A stretch of DNA of 64,000 nucleotides. It comes from Tubulanus polymorphus (Eukaryota > Animalia > Nemertea). Numbering within the stretch: the first letter of the stretch is position 1; the number at the start of each line of letters is the position of its first letter. Of this stretch, positions 41,066 to 55,469 are shown piece by piece. The notes beneath the pieces are model-generated. The model made no database searches, was not told the origin of the DNA, and was given only the letters and a program-made list of their open reading frames with translations. The translations under genes were made by a program, and so were the position numbers. Where the stretch lies: the NCBI RefSeq assembly GCF_964204645.1, contig NC_134030.1, positions 19,552,210-19,616,209 on the forward strand, given 5' to 3'.

Positions 41066-42262
41066 TGTAAGGATAAATGTTTCGTTGTTCGTGATATTCA
41101 GCATACACCAATGTCCAGTTGAATTTGACAATTCAAAGTTATTACAAAAGGAGCAAATTCTAATTTAGCGGCAATTTTTCCCAATTTTTTCCCTAGGCCA
41201 TTTTTTCCGTTCACCCAAAGATTGATATACTTCATTAATACTAAATTAATACTAAAAGTTATCGCACAGGACAAATATATCGCTAGGACGTTCAAATATA
41301 TTACACTAGCTTTGATTTAAGCGATTTCAAATTAAAAGTTTTATTATTTTCAATAATTTTCGCATCGCACAGCGAAATATATTATTGATTTACGGGTGCC
41401 TCATAGGCCTGTCATCGCTAGTACATTGCTCATCATAATGAATTCTCTTTAATTGAGCAATATTTACTTAGGGCTTAATCACTGACTTTCTATAGATAAA
41501 GAGCTATACAAAGACTAACCCCATAAAATGCAGTGGCTTGTTATTGTCAGCCTGCTTGTATACCAAGCTTCGCTAACATAAACGATAAAGTTGCCCTTTT
41601 TACTGAAATCTTGACGTATCAAACCTAGATAAATAACACTAAAAAAATTGCTACAATCATTATTTCGCAATCGGAATCTATTCTGATTTGAAAGGCACTT
41701 GTTGACATGTGGGGAAAAATTGAAAATTTTCACAGAAATCAATTTTAAACGATTCCAGTTAGTTTGGACTAAATTTTGCAATACAAACGAAAAAACAGGC
41801 CAACAGCAGCAAATCATAACCTCTTCAATGGGATTTCTAGGGGGATTCCTAACGGGGAATTTCGACCATTCCCATGTAAACGAGCCAGTAACAAAAACCC
41901 TTTGGAAATATCAATTATTCGCATGTATCAATTTACGCTACTTTTGATAGGACTGCCTAATCAAATATTTCAATGGCAGCTGATGATGTGTGATAGAAAT
42001 CATGGAGATGACGAGTTGATTGAGCCCGAGGCGCACAGTCAATAGTAGTTGAATAGAAACTACAAACATAATGCATTTTCTTTAAAATCGTTTCATCTAT
42101 AGAGATTTATTACAACTTGTCAACAGTTTAATTTCTATAATGCAATGACCTGCATAGTTCTATAGTGAATTGATTACAAGGAGTTAATTCAACAAAACAA
42201 AGTAAATTGTTCATAATTAGTGCATTGCCAAGGCCATTATTCAAAATTACAAACTACATCTA

Positions 42263-43023
42263 TGGTTATCGGCAAAAATCATCTGGGAAAAAATACCCTA
42301 GGTAACAATCCCCTAGGTTAAAATCCTCTCGGTAAAAATCCCCGATTCTTTAGTGTAGGTAGAAATCCCCCTCCTTTTGAATGGATTGTAGATACAATCT
42401 TAAGGTCAATTAATTCATATTATTGATACATATATCCAATTTATTCATATTTTACTGTGAAACACCATAATGATATCATGAGTATACAAACTATAGTATA
42501 TACTATTTGAATTAAAACATACTACAAAATTAACATTGTTCATTACTACTAAATTGGTAAATAAAGTGATCGCACAGCTTAATGGAAGGGTTCATCGCAC
42601 ATTTCAAATATATTACACTAGCTTGAATCTAAAATATTTCAAATCAAAAGAACATTATTTCTAATAATTTTTGGCATCGCACAGCTGAAATATACCACAG
42701 TTAACAAGAGTCCGCAGTTCAAAAATACTCCTGTTCGAATCTTTAGATATTACAAATTAAAATTTATTATTCTTATCAATTCTAACAATTTATTTTATGC
42801 TAAGAGTTTTACTTAAGAATTTATCGCAACGAAAGATTTCATTGCACAGTTCTAACATATTTCAGTCTCATAGCAAATTAATAAAATTGGAGAAACATTT
42901 TGCTTTGAAATGTCTTTGAAAATCACCGAGTGGGGATTTTTACCTACTTTGAATATTTTGGGTTTTTCCACAGGGGATATTTACCTAAAGGATTTTTACC
43001 AGGGAGATTTTTACCTACAACCA
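42263..43023. mobile_element. Non-autonomous DNA transposon with ~15-bp subterminal repeats
   Basis: TA|TGGTT..(GGTAAAAATCCCC)n ... (GGGGATTTTTACC)n..AACCA|TA. A similar end structure occurs at 32029-32106. Confidence 0.65.
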
Positions 43024-44864
43024 TATTCCTATGTATTTTTGAATGGTTGAAGGTTTTTTGAGGGAGATATTTTGGTTCAGATATTCTGGATATGAGACTC
43101 ATTATCATCTCTAGCTACGGTAGATACTTTTCTCACTTTGATTATTCGCTTTATTTATTACATATCACGCAAATCCGCATATACGCTTGCATTTATACTG
43201 TTAGCAGATATCACAAAGTTTGCTCATTTTGTAATAATTTTGAAATCGACAAATTTTATTGCAGAGATTCCTCGATATATCACGAGTAATGAAACAGATA
43301 TCTCATTTAAACGTAGATTTTTCTTTTATTTTGAAATCCATAGCAAACATTTATAGGAACCTAATGTTATTGAGCATAAAGCTTCTGACCCTCCTTGCAT
43401 TTATACATCGAGAAATCCAACTCTAAACTATAAAAGGCTTTTCATCACGGTGTAAGATAGCTTGTGCAAAAGGACGCCACTCAGTCATCACGTAAATTGT
43501 GAGAGGTTTTTATACATAATAGTTCCATGTGCAATTCATATATTGGGATCACAATCGGAAAAGATCTGCTTAAAACACTTTATCACCTTAGGGAGTTTGT
43601 GCTTCTTGATTACTCGATTAGCAGTGACACCGCGGATAAAATTCCCCCTTCAAAATCGCCCTTTCCAATATTTAATTAAAAGCCATTCAAAGCAAGATAT
43701 TTTCTCAATTCTCTTTGAATTTAATCATAATTAATAACTTATTCTTAATAGTAATACATGTAAAATCATTAGGAATCTGATTTTATGCACTTCTAGTTGT
43801 AAAACGTAGCTGTCGGATCTACGAGCAATTATCTCATTAATGATTAATCCTCGTATGTCGGATGGATGGACATATTGGTGTGTACCGGTCAACAGTGTCT
43901 GTAATCAAAGATGCCATTTGATATCTGTCGAATTTCTATGAAAGAGTACAAACAGAAATATAAACCGGCCTATACAGGGTACAAATCAGAAGTTAAAACT
44001 AGGACAATCGCTAATTTGCAAACAAATTGGCTCGAATCAGGGTCCGACTTTAATTGTTTTCATGGCTTACCAAAGAGCGCGCTGATTTTCATGTTCAAAT
44101 TTATTTCACATTTAAATGCAAACCCATTCATTCGATACTAAACAATGCTTGAAGAGACTCTAAAACGAGTCCATACTTAAGCAATGCGAAGTGACTGACT
44201 TCCAGAACCAGTTTAAATTAACACGCTAATTTGACTCGGCTTAATTTGACTCAGGTCTGGTCGGACTATTTGGTCGGGCAATTAGGCATGGGTCAATTTG
44301 GCGCCCATATCGTTTGTTGTTTCTTTTCGTCAGATCTCTCCGCCCTACCTTCAACTTATTTTTTATTATCCACGTATTTCAAATTCGATTTCTTCAACTT
44401 GTGTTAATTTTATACCCATGAAAAGCATACTGGTTACAATTTGCAGCAGTGCGCTATATAATGATGAGTAATATTGATTATTAATATCAATATCAAATGT
44501 GAATTCGCAGTTGAAACATAATTGATATAACAATATAATTTGATGTAGACCTCCCAGCGTGAATCAATCAAGAAAAAAATTTAACTAGTCGTCTCAGATC
44601 AAAACAAGAAAAAGGAAGATGCATTCTAACAACTGATTGCGATGTGAAGACTATATTAGGCTCATTATTAGAACCTGTACTACAGCTATTTAACTTTCTA
44701 AAATTATTTGTCGCAGACCCTCAAATACAGTGTATATTAATAATCAAATTGCCTAAATCTGGTTTCGTCGCTATAGTATACTATTCATTAAAAACAATTA
44801 CATCAATATCATTTATGTAGACCTATCATTCTAAAAGCTCAGGTTTTTAGCGTTAGAGGTTTGG

Positions 44865-45110
44865 ACGAATATTCATCCCAAAGTCAATATTTCGAATATC
44901 AGACCTAGGTCCATTTTCCTTCGTTTGACAGTCGGAAGAATATTCCTCCCGAAGTCGATACTTTGAATATCAGAACTGAAGGTCAAATTCTCTTCGTTTG
45001 ACCTTGGGAGGAATATTCCTCCCAAAGTCAATTGTTTGAATATCAGACCCCTTGGTCAAGTTTCCATCGATTGACTTTGGGAGGAATATTCCTCCCGCAG
45101 TCAATTTTCA
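44865..45110. repeat. ~70-bp tandem repeat built on the palindrome TTGACTTTGGGAGGAATATTCCTCCCAAAGTCAA
   Basis: Four GAATATTC-centred units here and two at 40968-41065. Confidence 0.85.
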
Positions 45111-45320
45111 CAATAGCGGTCCTCTTAATAGAAGATGATCAAATGAACGTGAGGCTCATATTTCTATTGTGTGCCTATCCGGTGTAACGCGCGACACGCT
45201 TACATAATCTTATCTGTAAATGTGAAGACCTCGGGGGCATTATGTTCTCTAAAGCCCGACATTATCCCACATTCGGGACTGTGAATGGGTTGATTTTACG
45301 GCTGAGTCGACATGTTTCAA
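45006..45320 (-). repeat. Right arm of the ~315-bp inverted repeat, abutting the duplication junction
   Basis: Ends ...GACATGTTTCAA, whose AA overlaps the first bases (AATGTGATT) of duplication copy B. Confidence 0.95.
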
Positions 45321-46018
45321 TGTGATTGTTCTTTGTTAGGCCTGATCATTTTTAAGCAGGAAAGTGTCGACGCATAAAACGAACATATTGCAATTCCATG
45401 CAGCGATTTATTTTACTCTCAAACCCATTACAGGTATTAGATACTACATGCTGACCTCAGTGCCCCCTAATGTTCTTGAGCTAAGTACTGATGCCACGTC
45501 TGAAACAATGAAGATTCCAATTCTAGAAAAACCTTAGAGTAGGAAATTGTGGAGTAAGAAAATCAATCAAACTTGAAGCCTATCGCAGATAAAAAGACGA
45601 CCGTATCGCCGTTATATAGAATAGTTTTATTTTTTTATACCGAACAAAATGCGAATATGAGACAATATTCTAGTGAGAATCATGTTAGACTTGAACGTTG
45701 AAGATCCGCCGATTTTGGGAAAGTCGATGTACGATTAATTGATCATGCGCAGTGCATTGCCCCATAGAAGGGAGCTGCAGGCGTCGACAAAAGAACTTGA
45801 TTTTCAATGTTCAAATCGAACTCAATTTGGATCATAAACTGGATCGGATGAATTAATTGGATGAATCCGCATTGGAGTACCGGCACGCAACAGATGGCGC
45901 ATCAATACACTGGGTTATTGATAGCAAAAGTTGGTTCATTTTGATGAGATTGTAACTGGATTTTTGGCTATCAAATCCGAAAATCACCAAACCTATGTAC
46001 AAGTTATCGAATTATGTA

Positions 46019-46236
46019 TGGTGGCTGATTCGGGCCATACTAAAAAAATTTTCTGTACGGCTAGAGCAACGATAAAAAAAATTTCACAGTGGCCCTTCTT
46101 TGGTTTTCTCGCGCGAGAAAACCAAAAGTTTTGAATTCTCGCGCGAGAAAACCAAAAAAAGGGCCACTGTGAAAATGTTTTATCGTTCCTCTAGCCGAAC
46201 AGAAAATCTTTTTAGTATGGCCCGAATCAGCCACCA
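46019..46236. mobile_element. Palindromic MITE, copy B
   Basis: Duplicate of 11809-12027. Confidence 0.85.
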
Positions 46237-46386
46237 TATATTGATGCATGGAAACCGAGTAACCACTTTCGACACCTAGCGCATCCTCGGTCCTTGCTTG
46301 TCACACAAAAGCGTTGCCGGTACCCCGATTCAGTGAAGAATTGGTGGAAAGAATGTTAGTGAAGTTCATTTCATCCTTATTCACTT

Positions 46387-47869
46387 CTAACAGTCCTTCG
46401 AACAAATAGCCGGTAGTCTTCGGTTGCAAGCAATATCGTTCCACAAACCTGCCCGTCGCTTCAACTCAACGCAACCTTCATATGAACCGTATTTACCACC
46501 ATGTCCACTAGGTTCTCCAGGCGCCCATCTTTCAAAATCCTGCGGTGATATGAATAGATCAAATTTATAATTCCTTCCCCTGCCTCGCCTTAGCCCAGAC
46601 ATAGAACTATAAGCGAAAGGGTAGGCGAACTCCGTGACGTCACTATACATTTGCCTTTGCTATCTTCGAAATTGATTAGCGCCCTCACCGGTAGCGATAA
46701 ACAATAGGTTTCCGGAAATTGTTTCGATTATATTAATCACTGCGAGCATTGGACATTACCCTTTTTCAAGATTTGGTATTAAGACTTAAACAAATTAATA
46801 AAGACGCTAAATCGAGAATAGAGACTGGCAACCAGTCTACAACATCTATTGTTTATCGCCACAAGATTACTAACGGTGCCTGGCGGATATTTTAGGAGTC
46901 GGCCTTCCCGTTCGCCTATAGTTCTATGGCCCAGAGTACTGGTCGGCGTGCTCCCCCTTAGGACCATTAATGTTCAAGGCAAAGTCGAGGAAAATCGAGT
47001 TGTAGTGACGTTCACTCAGTAGGCAGACGTTAAATTTGAACTGATGTCAAGTTATCGTACGTTTAACCACTGGCCGAATGGACTAATCCTATTGGTCTGC
47101 CGGTTGGCATATTTGCTATGCGCGTAATTTCAATGTCAATCGTTACAGCTGTATGTGGGAGTTTTTCCGACTGTCAAGAATTTACCGTAGTGAATTCGAA
47201 TTCGAATGATGTGGAATTTCTCTCAAAACCAAGCCAAGCTTTTGAGATGCCAGCGGGTATCAATCCTGAAATAATGTTAATTTTGTGTCAGGCACACTTA
47301 TATCGCAAGCCCCCTCCTTCCCCATTCCATAAAACACGATATTTTATAGTTACTATAAGCGACGGTGTTTTCCTCCCTGCTATCGGTCTTGGCCAATTCC
47401 GAAGAAGCACAATGCTCGGATCGCAAGAGATACTCCGCAAAAAACTTGAAGCATTTGTTTTGTCCGGCTTTCGTCCAACCAGCATCACAAACACACGCTG
47501 AAACTGTATTGTATAGCAACTTGTCTCACATTTGCCTTACCTGGGGTAACAAGCCGGCAGTGATTTGTTTCCTTATGGTCAAAGCCCATCCACTGATCCA
47601 CTCAACCCTTGCTTACGTATGTTAAATTTCGATTAAACGTACCACAATTGTATATCTATTCTGGTCTCTTCATTCCGAGTCAGAATGATTTGTGACAATG
47701 ATAGTATTCCTAAAAGTGCATTCCGAATATCCCGCCTACGCCTCCCCCAAAACGCTGCCTGACAGTCATACTGATATATAACATGCTATATGGCCAACAA
47801 AATGAATTTGATATATCTACCTGTCGTTATAGAACAGACCAGTAACAGAGTCGATATGATCAGCTTCAT
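46387..47869 (-). CDS. Secreted C-type lectin, EPS type (copy B)
   Basis: Exons 47869-47821, 47503-47354, 47265-47186 and 46539-46387. Intact; differs from copy A by Q>K, Y>K, F>S and F>L. Confidence 0.92.
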
Positions 47870-50800
47870 ATTTAAGCAAATAGTTTCCTTTATTTTATAC
47901 CTGATAAAACAAAGAATAGAATGTATATTATTTTACAACTCTTGAATAAGTTTTGCTCGAAGTGCCTTTTGTAATCATCAGAAGGTCGTTGTCGAGAAAG
48001 ATCTACTTTCAGTGGTTATCGAGAAATATCATGCTCGCTTGTCAAAGGTCCGGTATCGCTCCCAAACTCGCTTCCACCAGACCCCTTGGCCTCACGACGC
48101 GTGATTTCATTACTCGCGCTTTTGCGCATGACTTCATTATATCGATTTGCAAAACACTTTTTTGTTCGGTAAAACGTTCGCTGATTGGTCCATTTCACGG
48201 GAATTCCAACAGAAGCCTAATGTCGTTTGTTACAAGCGCTGTGATTGGTACGACCGGATTCTGGTCGGCCAGTAACGACGCTAACGACTCGTGAGGTCAA
48301 GGTGTTCGGGGAACAACTTGAGCTTAGTGGGTTCGAATCCCTTGACGGGTGAAGAGGGAGAAATGTAGGCATATCAGGAGTGTAATGTATGAAATGTAAA
48401 TATTCAGCGAGATTGTGAATCATTCGGAAAAACTATAGCCGCGATCACACGAGCATTTTTGCCAAATTTGGCCCGGAACAACTGTTCACACGGGTGCCAA
48501 ATGGCTCCGTGTCTGTTTGGCCCGACCAAAAACGTCGGACCAGGCCTGAGCGACTCAATGTTTGTTAGAGAATTGTTTAGTATTGAGTGAGTGATTTTCG
48601 TGAGAACGTGCTCTCTAATTAGGCACGGGCCAAATTTGGCGCGAGCCTGATCCGTGCCAATTTGGCCCGGATCAAATCGTCTCCGCGTGATCGCGGCTAA
48701 TGGATAAAGTCATTGGGGATGTTAGAAATTTATCAATGGGTTTTTACTTTGCATCGAAAACCCGATCCTTTTGGGAAACTACCTACTAAGTTCTCGTAAC
48801 CATCATTTTGTTTGATACATAAATTACATAGAAGAAATAAAAGATCTGCACACGTTATCCAACAGCAAAACGGTACTTCATTTATGGACGGTGTTTTTAG
48901 TAAATAATGAGATGGACAGTATTCTAAATATACCAATATAAGCAAATACTAATTTTATTTGCAGCAAGGCGGTCGAATTTAGTGGGTAAGAAGTTCGTAT
49001 CAGTTTGCTTTCCGTGATCAAGACCCGGGCGTAATTCTACTGTCACTTCCAAATCGTAATACACTGACCCCAAGAGCAATCGAACTCGATTCTATTTCTA
49101 TGTTGAGCAGTGAATAAATACAGATTGATAGATTGAATCAGATTGATATTTCACTTTCGACCACAATGATAACCCGATAGATAGCAAGCGATTCAAAGAT
49201 TCTTTTTGAAAATCCTACCTTGTCCGGTCCTTTATTTTGCTTACCGTTTGCGGCAGTTAATTTCGCAATATGTTCAATGGTCATTCGGAAATATGATAAT
49301 ATAGGCGTGGTATCGATTTTATCTAGCTAGAAAATTGTAACGAGTGCAAACATGAACTAAAATGCTTTTCAGCTGCTTGATTTTAAAAGTTATTACCGGC
49401 GCGCGACCCAAACAATAAGCGATTTACTTCATTTGTCTCATTTGATATAATTTCATATTTAGTATTCAATTGCATAGTCTTGGTCTTTTAAAATTGTATC
49501 ATTGATAAAGAAATGACAGAAGTTTCAAATACTAGTTTCTTTTGGGGAATTATTCGATTATTGAACGTGTCAATTTACTGCCTGAGATCAGACGTTCATC
49601 TTCCCATTTTCCGACATTGATACTCTATACCTAACCGTATTCAAAACTACTTACTAATGCTTGTAGTATATTCTAACGGGGTACCCGCAAAATCAACTTT
49701 TCCTTTTTTTTCTTCTCTTTTTTTGTAAAATTAAAAGATATTAAATGTTTTAGACGCCCCATCCATATATTAACACAACACCCCCCCCCCCTCAAAATAT
49801 ACAATACTTTCATTCTTCCACTCAGATACCGAAATATTTTTCTACAATGATTGATTCATTTAGGAGCATAGTTCATTCAGAATTGAAATGTAGAAGAAAT
49901 CGAACGCGGACGACCAACTATCTACTAGCGCACCTGGTGGATCCTCGCCTGCCATACGTGGAATCCTCGATTGCCACAGCAGACATATACAATCTCCGGG
50001 ATAAATTAACACCGCTTTGAACAATGCAAGCCATTTATTTAGCGTTTTCATATCCGTTAAAATTGGTATCGATTGCTTGTGAAAACATGTGTCCTGAACA
50101 CAAACATCGGCTATTTCAGGTACTTAATTCTAGCAAATAAGCCAATTTTACTCGATCATTGGTATATTGCATTCAGTCAGAAAATGGTTCTAATATGGCT
50201 TTTCCATGCGTGTATTATCATTTTTAGTTTATATGATATCAGGCAGGATATTTTAGATGGTGGATGATCAGTTTACGTGTAACATCTAACGCATGATATA
50301 GGATCATTTCCACGTATTTATGAAATATAAGGCATGGTATATATCTTATATTATAGATAATCTTTTACCTAACGTTCCATTATACCCTTTTATCATTCAA
50401 AAATATCGTGCTGTAAAATCGTTTAGATTAGTAGCACTGGACAAAATAAGTGAATGAATTCTCATTTTCCGGTTCGTCCAGTAATTGCTTCCTTGATAAT
50501 TTCAGATCGAACGGGAAATGTAAATGATTAATTTGGTACTCATCTTTAATTGTATCTACGTACGGAGTATAGGACATCTACAAACAATGGTTATCTTATG
50601 GGAACCGTTCTCGATTAACATAATGATTATGATCATTAAAATTCATTCAGTGCATATCGAGAAACTTTGTTTTGAAAACCATTTAAATAGTGAATCTGAA
50701 ATCCAGTTCACCACCGATGATCGATTTGAACTTGCTGCCTCATAGTATTTGCTCGAATCAAGTAGGAAAAAGCCTCATCGTATTTGCTTTTGTTGCACAT

Positions 50801-53540
50801 GTTTCCAATAGTCAACCGCATCGAACGTATATTTGAACGTATATTTCATTTTCATCCTCATGACAAATGCATTTATTTCCAACTGTTGTCGAGTTTAACG
50901 TATTCAACAAACCCTAGGCCATCAAACTTTGGTCAGGAATTTGCGGACGATTAATCTTTTAAAAGTACGCTGACCAATCCTAACGTCGTATCGTCATCGG
51001 GTGCTTGTGCAGGGGTACTCATTTGCATGCATTATTTCAGTTTAGAAAGTCTCAGATGCCGATGGAGTCGCGAATATTTCGACGATGAAAAACACAGAAA
51101 TTGGTACAACAACTCTAACCCTGGTATCTATTCCCAATCACAACAAAAGTTTTTTAGAAGTGCTTTACGTCCCAACTGCAATGAGTTACAGTGTAAGCCT
51201 AGTGCGTCTTAAGAGATGGTCGGGGCATTTTTATAGGTTGTTATGGCTCGCAAACTAACTAAGTTAGCATAGCTTAGTCCATGTATGTGTCTCGACAGCC
51301 AACGCCAGAGGTGGTTTCGAACTAGGGACCTCTCGGTTCCCAGTCCTCCACTCAACAAACTGAGCTAACTGCACAGGACAAAGGTTTTGGCTGAAGTTCT
51401 GGACATTTGGCTGAGGGTTGGAAATTTGTTCCTCTGTCCGGATTATCGATTTCCAAGATGACGTATTTATTTCTTCCTTTGCAGTTCATTCCCAGCTCGT
51501 AATGTACGTATCCAGGAGAACGATCTGTTTTTGAAAGTGCGGAGCATGATATGTTAGAAATGTCTGTGTGTTTAGTTCATTTCCCTATGGAAATGCTCAA
51601 GTCCTGAACACACGTCGAGTACGGTGCAGTTGGCAAACTTACGTTTACGAACTTACGTACGAGCATCTGCGGACAACCTTGATTTCTTAAGAGATATACT
51701 ATACGTATAAATACAATACAATTAAAACGTTATCGTCCATATTGCTACCGTTTGGGAGGTGAATGTATTGAAAGTTTGAAGCATCAGGGTTGGAAAAACG
51801 GTAAGAATAGAACGTGCGTCACAGGCAGCAGATTGACACGTTGAATAGTTGAATGATACCCAAGCCCCCCCCCCCCCAAAAAAAAAAAAACTCACGTTAT
51901 TTCCTTATCGACGAACGAATTATGAAATAGCAAATACAAAACGGATATGCATTTGAATACGAATTATAAAACGACATAAATTGAGTTAAATGAAATAAAT
52001 CGCTGATTGTTTGGATCACCTAACCGCACTCGCTTATAACCTATCATTAAAAAACAGAAAAGCATTTTTGTTCATGTTTGCTTTCAATATATTTGTTTTT
52101 CTAAGCAAAATCGATACCGCACCAGTTCTATATTATTATTACTATATTTCCGAATGATCATTTAGCGCATTGTGAAATTCACTGCCTGACGCCGTAAGTA
52201 AAAAAAACTCTGTTACTGTTAAAGTTACCGTTTTTCATCAACCAATACGTTTCAGATAGCTTACTCACAGCTATTCACCATATTCTTTTTCTTTAAAAAA
52301 AGTTGATTTTGAATTTTCACATATTTCATGCATTCGCCGATTCGGGAAGTTTTTTTTTTTAAGAACTAAATTTACCGAGTTCCCCGATTCTAAATTCGAC
52401 GAAATATCAACAGTTCAGCTTTCATCGAGTTCTTTAACGAAGCGACTTTGGTGATGATCTTTTTTTCTGGGGATTTTTTTTAGGTAGCTCAGTATCTAAC
52501 AGATATTTCGGAAACTTATAAAGAAAGGATTTTTCAGTAATAAACATCTTTCATCCATATCTTGATTATGTACATGTATATATCTGTTGACTGTCGCTAA
52601 GAATTGTTGTGTGGAAATCAGTTTATGATATTGCACAACTCCGCTATTTTAGTCAATAGAACGTTGTGAGGATACCTACCGTGCCAGAAATTGTCCGTAA
52701 AGCGATGAAGAGATGTGACAGTGAAAATACGGTGTTGTCATATCGCGGAATCACGGAATTTTCCAAAAACACGGAAACCCGCGCACTCACCGGGGTTCGA
52801 ACCCGGGTCTCGTGCGTAGAAAGCAAATTACATGGTACCGTCATGGCTATGTAGCTTGTCACGATGAGTAACAGCCGCTTGCAATCTTAGAACTCACGGT
52901 TGTGAGATAATTACTATTATGCCCTCAGGAGGAGTTCCTTCGTTCTAAAACTTATTATTTAGAATATTTACAATATTTAGAATATTTTAACAACACTAAA
53001 TATCACTGATAATTGTTATAGATATTTCATCTATATTTCGTATTTCTATATTGTTTTATGTCTCCATCTTATTACTCATTGTCCTCTGAGACTGTTTGTC
53101 TGTGTCAGAATGTGTTAATTGTTTTTTGTCTCACTGTGATGTCACAACTCGTCACCTTTGTTTTTGTATCATTTTCCATGTCTCAATCTGTCTGAATCTG
53201 TGTTATATAAATAGCTATGTGTAAAAATAAAGTCAGTCCAGTTTTGGTATTCCAAACTGATAGTTCGCTCGTTACTCTTTCGCTCTGTTCCGGATTTCCG
53301 ACGTCGACCATTCTTCGAGAATAGGACTGAAAATAGCTTTGCTAAACTATTCGCGATAGGCCGTAATGTTTTCAGCAGCTGCTGAAAGCATATCCTTTTC
53401 GGCAACGATCATTCTTCAATTTTAGCAAAACGGAATTTTCTAGCAATTGAAACCGCCAAACTTTTTCAAAAGCTAAAACGATTCCGTCCATTATCTCATT
53501 GTTATTTATCAGTTATAGATAAAAGAAAACAGACTTTAAA

Positions 53541-55469
53541 ATGAAGCTGATAATATCGACTCTGTTACTGGTCTGTTTAACAACGACAGGTAAATATATG
53601 TTAATATGAAAGTCAAACTAGGCATATACAAAATAGTTACAAATTAAACCAAAAAAGATTTGGAATGAACTTATGGTCGGGAATGCGTACTTGTATGATA
53701 TAGCGAACACGTGTTGATAAAAAAGTCACAATTAATGATTGAATTTTAACAAAAGAAAGGACTGATTTGATCAAATAATGCCTAATCAGTGGTCAGGCCT
53801 ATACTTAAAAAACCAGCTATGTACAATGCTTGAAACCCCACGTATAAAATCCCATGTGAGTCACATTGTTAATCTCCGTTGGCATATGTACATAGTGTCC
53901 GGGTGTGTTTGTGATGAGGGTTGGGCGCAAGCTGGAGACACAAAATGCTTCAAGTTTTTTGAGGAATCTCTCCCGCAAGACCAACATTGCGGTTCTTCAG
54001 AACTGGCCAGGATCGATAGCATGGAGGAAAATAACGTTGCTCGAAGTAAGTATATGTTTGGGAATCCGGAGTTTTATGGAATAAAGCGTGATATAAGCGT
54101 ACCTGAAACAGTACTGTCATTATTTCAGATCAGATACCTACTGGCGTGACAACGGCTTGGCTCGGTTTTCGGAGACCATTCAACTTCACTACGGTACATT
54201 CTCAATATGAGTAGCTGTAACGATTAACAGTGAAATTGCATACGTACACTCACCGGGGATCGAACCCGGGCCTCGTACGCAGCATGCATACTTTCACCTT
54301 AGACCAATAGCAGAACTTTTCAATGCAAATGATTAAACCATTTTAAGCGTATAGTTTTATGGTTATCCACGCGAGTCCTTCGACTGTAAAAACTATAAAA
54401 ATAAGTTTATGATCATCGGTAAATGAACCGCCTGGCGAAAGTTTCGCTATCTTTCAGAAAAGACAAACAGAACTACGTTGTTTGGCATGCGCACGTGAGA
54501 TATGATAATGGGTGATGAATAGTTTTTTTTTATAAAACCGCGTTCAGCCTGTATCACTATATAGTTAGACCGTTCAAAAATCAGAGTGCTAAAAAATCAG
54601 TGCTACGGACTGGCAAGATGTAACCATGATTATTTCGCCCCGATATTTATAGATCATAGCTTTTTGGGTCCCCCCTGGTTGTTATTCGTTTTAAGAAATT
54701 CTGCTATCCGTCTTGACTCATCAATCTGTGGTACATTTTATGACATGTTCAGAGCAATCAAATATGGCACATACGATTAACGATCAATGAGATTCCGTCA
54801 GCCTATACATATTGTTAGGCAAATATAAATATGAAGTCTGAAAACTATACTAATCCGCTTGTCGATGAACATACGGACTTTATAAAAAAATAAATGTTAC
54901 CAAATGAAAGCCCATACACGAAAACCTAAAATTAGTGTAATAGCGGGCTACTTAAGACCATGGTTTAGGAGTTACATACTTTTTAAAGGATTTCTATCTA
55001 TGAAATCAAATTAGGTATCGGTTGCCTTGGTATCCGTTTCCATGGAACATGCAGCAGTTTCCACGGAAACGGATATCGATTCCCCGAAGCCAGGATGCAA
55101 AGCTTTCGAATGATACCAAATTTGTCCATATGGTATCTCTGTTGAACGGAACCTAATTTCTAGAGGACTTTTTTGTACTTTGGTGCCCCTCTTATTTTCT
55201 CATCTTTATCGTGGGATTCTCATTACATTATCAAGTGTGAATATTATGACGAGCCCAGTTCATCGACACGCAGCGATAATTTGCCATTAGTTTTATTTAT
55301 TTCGCTGTAGGGTTTTACACGGTGGAGAATAGGAGAACCGAATGGATTCGGTGGGAAATACGGCTATGAAAATTGCGTTGAAATGAAGAGAAGAAGAGGT
55401 GTGTGGAACGATGTTGTATGCAACAAACAAATGCCGGCTATTTGTTCGAAGGACTGTCAGCAACAATGA
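53541..55469 (+). CDS. Secreted C-type lectin, EPN type (copy B)
   Basis: Exons 53541-53589, 53896-54045, 54129-54193 and 55311-55469. Intact; A>T, D>E and C-terminus CSKDCQQQ*. Confidence 0.9.

Noticed and set aside
44144-44186. TTGAAGA-GACTC/GAGTC hairpin resembling a hammerhead
   Set aside because: The GAAA box is replaced by CATA; at most a dead relic.
44865-45110. CRISPR array
   Set aside because: Eukaryotic context, spacers similar to one another, and no cas genes.
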